From Syntrophaceae bacterium UBA6078 (GTDB taxonomy: Bacteria > Desulfobacterota > Syntrophia > Syntrophales > UBA2210): DNA of 64,000 bases. The position numbers and the translations under genes are program-made. Shown piece by piece: positions 39,512 through 46,817 of the stretch. The number at the start of each line of letters is the position of its first letter. Positions within the stretch are counted from its first letter, which is position 1. The stretch lies in contig DIXO01000044.1 of the NCBI GenBank assembly GCA_002428735.1, positions 2,114 through 66,113 of the forward strand. Reading direction: 5' to 3'. The notes under the pieces were generated by a model. The model was not told where the DNA came from, made no database searches, and was given only the letters and a program-made list of their open reading frames with translations.

Positions 39512-40537
39512 ATGGTATTCGAAAGTGTCAAGCACGCATTGACCATAACGAGCTTCGTGTTCGTTATGATGCTGATCATTGAATACGTCAATGTACTAAC
39601 CAGAGGAGACTGGCAGGACTCATTACAGAAATACCCCTGGATGCAATATCTCCTCGCCGCTTTCTTAGGCGCCACGCCCGGCTGCCTGGGGGCGTTCACC
39701 ATTGTGGCCCTCTACGCCCACAATGCGGTCAGATTCGGCGCGCTGGTCACCGTCATGATCGCAACCAGCGGCGATGAAGCCTTCGTCATGCTCTCTCTGT
39801 TTCCGGGCACGGCAATCATTCTGACGCTGATCCTGATGTTAATCGGGATGGTCGCGGGATTCCTGACAGACCTGTTCTTCAAACCGGGGATGGTCGCCCT
39901 GGGGAGTCAAGACAGGAGATTTATATTTCATGATGAGGACTGTGTCTGTTATCCCCGGGGCGAAATCCTGAACCAGCTGAAAAACCTCACCCTGCAGCGG
40001 GGAGTGCTGATCTTTTCCCTGGTATTATTCATATTTGCGCTGATCTCCGGAGGGATGGGTCCCTCCGTGTGGAACTGGATAAAGGTGACCCTCCTGGGGG
40101 GCTCTCTTGTCGCGCTCTTTATTACAGCGACGGTGCCTGAACACTTCCTTGAGGAACACCTGTGGGAACATATCGTGAAAGTCCATGTACCGCGTGTATT
40201 CCTTTGGACATTCAGCGCATTGCTATTGATGGCTGTGTTGCTTCATTATCTTGATCTCGATTCCTGGATTCGCTCAAATTATCTGACCGTTCTCCTGATC
40301 GCATGCCTCGTGGGGCTCATTCCTGAATCGGGTCCGCACTTGATATTTGTAACCCTCTTTGCCGAAGGAGCGATTCCTTTCGGTATCCTCCTGGCGAGTT
40401 CCATCGTACAGGACGGCCATGGGATGCTCCCCCTGCTCGCGGAATCAAAAAGAGACTTCGTCTCCGTCAAGGGTATCAACCTGGCAGTGGGTTTGCTGGT
40501 CGGTCTGGCATGGTATGCAGGAGAGATCTATCTGTAA
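39512..40537 (+). CDS. 10-TM putative heavy-metal/manganese exporter family (ArsP_2-like)
   Basis: Its motifs TSFVFVMMLIIEYVNV...GATPGCLGAF...TSGDEAFVML...GLIPESGPH match my recollection of the 'putative manganese transporter' family. Not verified. Confidence 0.5.
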   Translation: MVFESVKHALTITSFVFVMMLIIEYVNVLTRGDWQDSLQKYPWMQYLLAAFLGATPGCLGAFTIVALYAHNAVRFGALVTVMIATSGDEAFVMLSLFPGTAIILTLILMLIGMVAGFLTDLFFKPGMVALGSQDRRFIFHDEDCVCYPRGEILNQLKNLTLQRGVLIFSLVLFIFALISGGMGPSVWNWIKVTLLGGSLVALFITATVPEHFLEEHLWEHIVKVHVPRVFLWTFSALLLMAVLLHYLDLDSWIRSNYLTVLLIACLVGLIPESGPHLIFVTLFAEGAIPFGILLASSIVQDGHGMLPLLAESKRDFVSVKGINLAVGLLVGLAWYAGEIYL

Positions 40538-40661
40538 CGGACGACCAACCACTACGGTTCAGGCACGACAGACAGGTATCAATCAAAAAAAGGGAGGATT
40601 CGATAGAAAACGGAACACACAAGCAAACATCCGTATTACACCAAATAAAAGGAGGCCTTCC

Positions 40662-42554
40662 ATGCAGTTACTGCCAACAGAGCTATCTATCGGGAACACG
40701 ATAATAAAGAACAGGACTATCATGGCCCCGATCAAAACGGGGTATGGAATACCCACAGGGGAAGTAACCGACCGTCATCTCCGGTTCTTCGAAAGGCGAA
40801 ACAGGCACGTCGGGGCCGTCACTCCGGAACCGTTTTTCCTGCACCCGGCACTGCGGGAATTGCCGGTTCAGATAGGGATTCACAGTGACGATATGCTGCC
40901 GGGGCTCAAGAGACTCGCGGATGTCATCCATGGAAAGGGGGCCCTGGCGATCGCCCATCTGAATCATCCGGGGAGAATGGCGAACCCAGCCATCCCGGGC
41001 AATCAATTTTTTTCCTCCTCTACGCGGATGTGTCCCTCCGGCGTCAAAGAACCTCAGGCAATGGATCAATCCCGCATCGAAGAGTCCCAACTACTCTTCG
41101 AGAAGGCCGCCGTCAGAGCCGAGAGGGCGGGGTACGATTTTGTTGAACTCCAATTCGGGCATGGATACCTGATCGCTCAATTTCTTTCGGAGGCAGTGAA
41201 TAACCGTACCGATCAGTACGGCGGGAGCTGGGAAAACCGGCTTCGTTACGGCCTCGAAGTTCTGGAACGGGTGAAAAAGGCCGTCACGCTTCCGATCATC
41301 GTCCGACTGAGCGCAGATGAGATGATACCGAACGGACTCAGACTCGAGGATGCGATGCGGCTCGCGGTCGCTCTCGAGGAACGGGGTGCGAACGCACTGC
41401 ATGTCTCAAGCGGTTCCGTCTGCGAAACGCCCCCCTGGTATTTCCAGCATATGGCAGTCCCCAAGGGGAAAACCTGGGACTTTGCTTTGCGTATCAGGGA
41501 GAAGGTGGGGCTCCCGGTGATTGCCGTCGGTCAGATCAATGAACGGAAGGATCCGGAAACAATTCTCCAAAACGATATGGCAGATGCTGTCGCCATCGGG
41601 AGGGCCCTCATAGCAGACCCTGATTTTGTAGGCAAGGTACTGGGAGAAATCAGCGATCCCATTCGTCCCTGCGCTTCCTGCCTCGAAGGGTGTCTCGGAG
41701 GAGTGAAGAGCGGAAAAGGTTTGATGTGCCTCGTGAATCCCACTGTCGGAAAGGTTGAAGAAGCGGTCCCCACGGTCGAGAAATCTCGGAACATAGCCGT
41801 TGTGGGCGGCGGGCCCGCAGGTATGGAAGCTGCGCTTGTCCTGAACGAGAGGGGGCACAATGTAACCCTCTACGAAAAGGACAAACTGGGTGGGCTGTTC
41901 AATCTCGCTTATCTGACGCCGAGAAAAGGGAACCTCAAACGAATAAACGATTATTTTATTCAAGAGGTGCAAAGGAAGATTTCCGTGGTCCACAGAGAAG
42001 CCGATGTAGAGAACCTGGTCGATTCGTATGATGCCGTGATCGTGGCGACGGGCTCTCACCCCCAGCCTCCACTCATCCCAGGGTTGAAGGAATGGAGATG
42101 GGCGGAGATTCTCCAGGAAGACCAAATGCCCGCAGGCAAAAAGGGCATCGTCGTCGGCGGCGGCTTCATCGGGGCCGAGACGGCCGAGGTCCTCGCCAGG
42201 AAGGGGAACGATATCACCATCCTGAAACGGTCACGAGAGATCGCCCCCGCTATGGAACCGATCGCGCGGAAACTGTTGCTACGGGCCCTGGAGGAACTGA
42301 ACATCCCCATTATCACGGACGCGGACGTCACGAGGGTTGAAGATGGAACGGTCTACTTTACACAAGGCGACGGGGAAAATTCCATCGAGGGTGTCGACTT
42401 TATCGTCTACACGAAGGGCATGGTGCCGGAGGATTCTCTCAAGGAACACCTTTCCGGGAAAATTCCGGTGTATGTGATCGGGGATTGCAGAGCGATAGGA
42501 AGGGTAATGGATGCCATCCACGATGCCTATGATTACGCCATGTCCATTTGCTGA
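40662..42554 (+). CDS. 2,4-dienoyl-CoA-reductase-like enzyme: Old-Yellow-Enzyme (FMN) domain + Fe-S linker + FAD/NAD(P) oxidoreductase domain
   Basis: AAAGGAGG SD precedes the ATG at 40662. The OYE pattern is NRTIMAPI...AHLNHPGR...GYDFVELQFGHGYLI. A Cys cluster RPCASCLEGCLGG....C follows, then two dinucleotide folds (VVGGGPAGMEAA, VVGGGFIGAETA). The listed start at 40359 overlaps the upstream gene. Confidence 0.85.
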   Translation: MQLLPTELSIGNTIIKNRTIMAPIKTGYGIPTGEVTDRHLRFFERRNRHVGAVTPEPFFLHPALRELPVQIGIHSDDMLPGLKRLADVIHGKGALAIAHLNHPGRMANPAIPGNQFFSSSTRMCPSGVKEPQAMDQSRIEESQLLFEKAAVRAERAGYDFVELQFGHGYLIAQFLSEAVNNRTDQYGGSWENRLRYGLEVLERVKKAVTLPIIVRLSADEMIPNGLRLEDAMRLAVALEERGANALHVSSGSVCETPPWYFQHMAVPKGKTWDFALRIREKVGLPVIAVGQINERKDPETILQNDMADAVAIGRALIADPDFVGKVLGEISDPIRPCASCLEGCLGGVKSGKGLMCLVNPTVGKVEEAVPTVEKSRNIAVVGGGPAGMEAALVLNERGHNVTLYEKDKLGGLFNLAYLTPRKGNLKRINDYFIQEVQRKISVVHREADVENLVDSYDAVIVATGSHPQPPLIPGLKEWRWAEILQEDQMPAGKKGIVVGGGFIGAETAEVLARKGNDITILKRSREIAPAMEPIARKLLLRALEELNIPIITDADVTRVEDGTVYFTQGDGENSIEGVDFIVYTKGMVPEDSLKEHLSGKIPVYVIGDCRAIGRVMDAIHDAYDYAMSIC

Positions 42555-42673
42555 CGGAACGGAGAACACATACATATACACTTATAATCGTTACATGAAA
42601 GGGAGAAGGAAGGGAGAGGGGACTCAAAACAACATGGCAACTTACCTGAAGCATGGAAAGGAGGTGAGGGAGT

Positions 42674-42820
42674 ATGGCAAACTTAGAAAATCCTACACTC
42701 GAATTCCTGATCTATTTAATCCAATGTTGCGTGAGGCAATGCGAAATTGACCCTGACAAAACTACCATCACGGAGTTGATTAAAAAGATTCAAGAGGCTG
42801 AAATGCCTATTGTTTTCTAA
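42674..42820 (+). CDS. Possible 48-aa Cys-containing peptide
   Basis: AAGGAGG lies 9 nt before the ATG. Translation: MANLENPTLEFLIYLIQCCVRQCEIDPDKTTITELIKKIQEAEMPIVF. A terminator hairpin lies 22 nt downstream. An alternative 38-aa frame also exists (ATG at 42634). Confidence 0.3.
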   Translation: MANLENPTLEFLIYLIQCCVRQCEIDPDKTTITELIKKIQEAEMPIVF

Positions 42821-42842
42821 AAACCGAAAACCCTGAGAAGCT

Positions 42843-42895
42843 GGGGACATCCCATCTTGGATTATTTTCAAATTCTGGGAATGTCCCCATTTTTT
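42843..42895 (+). terminator. Intrinsic terminator
   Basis: GGGGACATCCCA ... TGGGAATGTCCCC: a stem of about 12 bp with one bulge, followed by ATTTTTT. Confidence 0.55.
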
Positions 42896-42934
42896 ATTGA
42901 TATCCATCCAGCGAGTACAACATGGCTACCCCTT

Positions 42935-43262
42935 GCCTTGTGGTTGTGATTATGGTACCAATGTCCTCAACATTAGCTTCTAGAAAAGCACAGCCATGCC
43001 AGTCCAGAAGCTCCACCACTGTCGTGTTCGAAAGGGAATTGGTCATTGTTCCGGTCGCGATGGACAGGGGTAAAATGGACGTATTCCCTCCATCCAGATT
43101 GGGAATCGCGCTCGAACTCCAATAACGTGAATCCCGTATACCCAACATAAACCGTTTGAAAACACATCGACAGATACAATAATGAATAGTTTGAAGCACA
43201 CGCCGATGCCTATCACGCCGAATTGGAAGCGGTACGCTGGTAAAGCCCCCTCCCCCGGCGAG
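42935..43262 (+). pseudogene. Decayed paralogous copy of the 3' two-thirds of the small U-x-x-C ORF plus the first ~45 codons of the methyltransferase gene
   Basis: Aligns base-for-base, by eye at about three-quarters identity, with 44300..44635. The equivalent of the methyltransferase ATG is ATA. A 1-nt deletion (GAAAACAC versus GAAAAACAC) shifts the frame and TAA/TGA codons follow. Homology stops at CCCCCGGCGAG. Confidence 0.65.
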
Positions 43263-43342
43263 CTTTTAAGGAAATCTTTCACAGGGTTCTAAGATCAGCG
43301 AGCGGAGGCCCACGACACACAAAACATAGGGAGAAATTACAC

Positions 43343-43954
43343 ATGGAACTCATGCGCGTTATCGAAGAGCGGCGTAGTATTCGCAGATTCAGGGACGACC
43401 CGGTTTCGGAGGAGATAATCAATGAGCTGCTCAACGCGGCCCGTCTGGCTCCCTCGGGAACCAATACCCAGGTATCACGGTTTGTTGTCGTCAAATCGCC
43501 CGCCATGCGCGCCAAACTGGGGACCGCCACACCGTACACATTTATCACCCGGGCCCCCGTTATTTTTGTGTGCTGTTGTGATTTGACGGCCATGACGACC
43601 CGGGAATTGCGCCGGGCCGAATTACTCGAAGCCGGGATCTTCGAGGGCGTCGATGTGAATGAGGATATGGCCGATTCAAGAGCACGCGCCTTCAATCAGA
43701 TAGGAGTGGAAGCGGCGCGGGCATATCTTTCAATGAACACCGCCATAGCGATAGAGCACATGGTTCTCCGGGCCGTTGACCTCGGTCTGGGAAGCTGCTG
43801 GGTTGGAGGATTCGACAAGGAGAAAGTACGCGAGATACTGGAACTGGATGACAGCATCCACATCGTTATGCTTCTCCCCGTTGGGTATCCGGATCAGTCG
43901 CCCCCGCAGCGCCCCCGCTTCCCGGTGGACCATCTGGTCCTGAAAACTGTTTGA
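43343..43954 (+). CDS. Nitroreductase family protein
   Basis: IEERRSIRRFRDDPVS...LNAARLAPSGTNTQ...GLGSCWVGGF is the classical nitroreductase (FMN) pattern. Confidence 0.85.
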   Translation: MELMRVIEERRSIRRFRDDPVSEEIINELLNAARLAPSGTNTQVSRFVVVKSPAMRAKLGTATPYTFITRAPVIFVCCCDLTAMTTRELRRAELLEAGIFEGVDVNEDMADSRARAFNQIGVEAARAYLSMNTAIAIEHMVLRAVDLGLGSCWVGGFDKEKVREILELDDSIHIVMLLPVGYPDQSPPQRPRFPVDHLVLKTV

Positions 43955-44108
43955 TTTTTAATCGGCCGGTTGGTTGTCTTCAGAAATCATGGCACTTATA
44001 GCAAAAGCGATACATTGCAATGATGCGATGGTGCGCCTTTTGCCGAGGATATCTTTCCGTAGCTGATGATCTCTTCACTGACGGAATGCCGGTTCGCCCA
44101 TAAATCAC

Positions 44109-44137
44109 TTGACATACTCTGTTGCAGTACCTAGACT
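44109..44137 (+). promoter_or_regulatory. Sigma-70-type promoter candidate
   Basis: TTGACA, a 17-nt spacer, then TAGACT. It lies about 70 nt upstream of the SD/ATG at 44209. Confidence 0.45.
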
Positions 44138-44208
44138 CGCTTGGGTTATTGAATTACTGGCCTTTAAAACAGGAGAAAACAACGAAGGGTAAAGGAGGTC
44201 TCAAAACG

Positions 44209-44484
44209 ATGTTGGAATTGCTGGTTTTTCACAGCGGAAATCCCGCCTGAATGTCGTGCAAAAAGGCTATAGGCGTAGCCAGAGAAATGAAGGAAAAGTA
44301 TATGAATAAACTGAAAGTGGCGATCCACACGACAGACTCCAAAGAGGCACAGCCGTATCAGTTCAGAAGTTCAACCAATGTCTTGCTTGAGAAGGAACTG
44401 GTCCCTGTGGCGGTCGCAACGGACAGGGATAAAATGGATGCATTTCTTTCCGCGAGATTGGGAACCGGACCCGAAACCCGGTAG
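44209..44484 (+). CDS. Candidate small thioredoxin-fold-like selenoprotein (U-M-S-C motif; in-frame UGA at 44248..44250)
   Basis: AAAGGAGG (44191..44198) lies 10 nt before the ATG at 44209. Thirteen sense codons are followed by TGA, then the listed 77-aa ORF in the same frame. The product begins MLELLVFHSGNPA-U-MSC-KKAIGVAREMKEKY...: a beta strand followed by UxxC at a helix start. The 44251 ATG has no SD. Confidence 0.55.
44265..44280 (+). promoter_or_regulatory. Candidate SECIS stem-loop
   Basis: GGCUA-UAGGCG-UAGCC: 5 bp with a 6-nt loop, beginning 17 nt after the U of the UGA. Confidence 0.3.
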
Positions 44485-44496
44485 CGTGAATCCTGT

Positions 44497-45123
44497 ATGC
44501 CCAATATAGAGCCGTTTGAAAAACACAGCGACAGATACGACGAATGGTTTGAAGCACACGCCGATGCCTACTACGCCGAATTGGAGGCGGTACGCCTGGT
44601 CATGCCTCCTCCCCCGGCGAGGGGGCTGGAGGTCGGCGTCGGTTCAGGCAAATTCGCGGTTCCTCTGGGGATACAGATCGGTGTGGAACCATCGGAGAAG
44701 ATGGCGGGCAAGGCGGAGAAACAGGGAGTCCGGGTTTTCCGGTGCGTGGCTGAGAAGCTGCCCTTCCCTGCCCCTGAATTCGACTTTGTGCTGATGGTAA
44801 CAACCATCTGTTTTGTCGATGATATTCTCCAGTCATTCAAGGAAGCATTCCGGGTGCTGAAGCCGGGGGGGTGCGTTATTGTCGGCTTTGTGGATAAAGA
44901 AAGCGAATTGGGCAAAGAATACATCGCCAAGCGGGATGAAAGCGTTTTCTACAAAGACGCCACCTTTTTCTCAACCCAGGAAGTGAGCGGGCATCTCAGA
45001 GATGCCGGATTTGAAAATCCGTCCTTCAAACAGACGCTGATCCCCGGAGAGCCACAGGGAACAATCAAGGACGGCTTCGGTACAGGCGCATTTGTGGTAG
45101 CCAAAAGTGTGAAACAGGGTTGA
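44497..45123 (+). CDS. Class I SAM-dependent methyltransferase (Methyltransf_11-like)
   Basis: SAM-binding motif I (GLEVGVGSGKFAVPLG) is present, with post-I/II motifs (FDFVLMVTTICFV, LKPGGCVIVG). It starts 12 nt after the small ORF's stop and has no SD of its own. Confidence 0.85.
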   Translation: MPNIEPFEKHSDRYDEWFEAHADAYYAELEAVRLVMPPPPARGLEVGVGSGKFAVPLGIQIGVEPSEKMAGKAEKQGVRVFRCVAEKLPFPAPEFDFVLMVTTICFVDDILQSFKEAFRVLKPGGCVIVGFVDKESELGKEYIAKRDESVFYKDATFFSTQEVSGHLRDAGFENPSFKQTLIPGEPQGTIKDGFGTGAFVVAKSVKQG

Positions 45124-45139
45124 AAGCAGGTTGCGGCAA

Positions 45140-45270
45140 TTATTGTTCCGCAGAGCGCGGGCATATTCCTGCTGAATGATTATTCGTCATCACCGGATCA
45201 GCCGATGGGCGAAGGGCAAACCTTCCGCTTCTCGGGGGACCATCTGGCCCCGAAGACTGTGCGATTCTAA
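45140..45270 (+). pseudogene. Remnant of a second nitroreductase copy (internal piece plus 3' end)
   Basis: 45193..45270 translates to PDQPMGEGQTFRFSGDHLAPKTVRF*, compared with the 3' end of the intact gene, PDQSPPQRPRFPVDHLVLKTV*. The sequence GCGCGGGCATAT at about 45155 matches 43714..43725 inside the intact gene. Confidence 0.55.
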
Positions 45271-45384
45271 TAATCCATTGTTTGTCTTTGAAACACACGA
45301 GGCACGGCGCACAAGAGATGTTCACCCCCGACATCGTCCTGTCACACTCACTTTTACAAACAGAACATATGCAGGAGATTATTT

Positions 45385-46800
45385 TTGAAGGATTTGAAAC
45401 GGTTTTTTGAACCCCGCGCTGTTGCCGTTATCGGGGCCTCTTCGACTCCCCATAAACCCGGCAACGACGTCATTCGAAATATGCTCGCCAACGGGTACAC
45501 CGGAAAGATATTTCCGGTTAATCCAAAAGGCGGCGAGATACTGGGGATACGGGCCTTTCGTTCCATCCAAGATCTTCCCGAAGGTCTGGATCTGGCTATA
45601 ATCATCCTCCCGGCCAAGGCAAACCCCGCCGCCGTAAGGGAATGTGCGGCCAGGGGAATCGAGGCCGTGGTGCTCGCCGCGGGAGGATTTTCCGAGGTGG
45701 ACGAGCAGGGCAGGGCCTTGCAGGAGGAGCTTCTGCGGGCGATCAAAGAGACCGGCATCCGCGCCCTGGGACCCAATACGTCCGGTCACTCATCGATGCC
45801 TCACCATTTCACGTCCAGCTTCTTTCCCCTGGGCAGAATCCCCCGGGGCCCCATATCCTACATAGCCCAGACGGGAAATTTCGCCACCCATACCATGCGT
45901 TACATCTCGACCGAGGAACACTTCGGGGTTGCCAGGGTGGTGGGGCTTGGAAACAAGCTGGACATCGATGAAAACGATATTCTCGAATATTACGCGACCG
46001 ACCCGGAGACAAAGGCGATCTTCGTATATCTGGAAAGCTTCAAAAATCCGAAGCGGTTTATGAAGATTGCCGGTGAGGTGACGAGATCAAAACCGGTCAT
46101 CCTCCTCAAGGGAGGGGGCACTGTCGAAGGGGCAAAGGCAGCCGTCGCCCACACGGCGGCCATGGCGTCGGACGACAGATTGATTGACGCCGCCTTAAAA
46201 CAGGCCGGTGTCGTCAGAATCTACGAATACTCTCATCTTGTTCTGGCCGCCAAGGTCCTGGCATGCATGCCCCTTCCCAAGGGCAACCGGGTCAGTTTCC
46301 TGGCGCCTTCGGGGGCTCAACTTGTCTGCATCACCGATTTATGCCGTCGTACGTTGGAGCTGGACGTCCCGGAGGTGGAGGAGACAACCCGGCGCCGTCT
46401 TCAGGAAATCAGTCCGTCCTTCATCAGAATGAGGAACCCGGTGGACATCTGGCCCGCGGCATCGGTGAGAGGGATGTTGGAGGCGTACCGGGAGGGGATG
46501 GAGGCCGTGTTGAAGGACCCCAACATCGACGCGGTTGTCCCGATTCTCCTGCTGACCGATGAGACAGGGGTTCCTCCTCTCGATTTTCTTGTCGATCTGT
46601 CCCGGAAATATCCCGATAAACCGATCCTCACAACCTTCACCGGGGAGAAGAAACACCGGGAAGCAGCGCAGGCCTTTCTTGAGCCCGGGGGCGTCCCGAC
46701 CTTTCCGCTGATCGAGGAACCGTTCAAGGTCCTCAGCATACTCGCCGCGTGCAGGCGCGCCCGGGACCGTTCAGACCTCAGAAGAATTGAGAAGGATTGA
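45385..46800 (+). CDS. ADP-forming acyl-CoA synthetase alpha-type protein (CoA-binding + CoA-ligase domains)
   Basis: FFEPRAVAVIGASSTPHKPGNDVIRNM...GKIFPVNPKG...LAIIILPA, then GPNTSGH (catalytic His loop). TTG start with a GCAGGAG SD. Confidence 0.8.
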   Translation: MKDLKRFFEPRAVAVIGASSTPHKPGNDVIRNMLANGYTGKIFPVNPKGGEILGIRAFRSIQDLPEGLDLAIIILPAKANPAAVRECAARGIEAVVLAAGGFSEVDEQGRALQEELLRAIKETGIRALGPNTSGHSSMPHHFTSSFFPLGRIPRGPISYIAQTGNFATHTMRYISTEEHFGVARVVGLGNKLDIDENDILEYYATDPETKAIFVYLESFKNPKRFMKIAGEVTRSKPVILLKGGGTVEGAKAAVAHTAAMASDDRLIDAALKQAGVVRIYEYSHLVLAAKVLACMPLPKGNRVSFLAPSGAQLVCITDLCRRTLELDVPEVEETTRRRLQEISPSFIRMRNPVDIWPAASVRGMLEAYREGMEAVLKDPNIDAVVPILLLTDETGVPPLDFLVDLSRKYPDKPILTTFTGEKKHREAAQAFLEPGGVPTFPLIEEPFKVLSILAACRRARDRSDLRRIEKD

Positions 46801-46817
46801 TACAAAAGGAGGTTGAA

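Noticed and set aside
38809-39702. 297-aa minus-strand ORF spanning three plus-strand genes
   Set aside because: It crosses two intergenic regions that carry strong plus-strand SDs. It has no motifs and overlaps better-supported genes.
42990-43100. Cobalamin-riboswitch-like words (CCACCACTGT, GAAAGGGAA, GGTAAAATGG)
   Set aside because: The elements are in the wrong order for the B12 element. In addition, the block is paralogous to the coding part of the small ORF at 44347..44484, with a preserved frame and stop.
44251-44496. The conserved block upstream of the methyltransferase as a cis-regulatory leader RNA or riboswitch
   Set aside because: I recognise no known riboswitch core. Substitutions between the two copies favour third-codon positions, and both copies stop at the same codon, so a coding interpretation fits better. 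It is kept as the alternative hypothesis in the findings.
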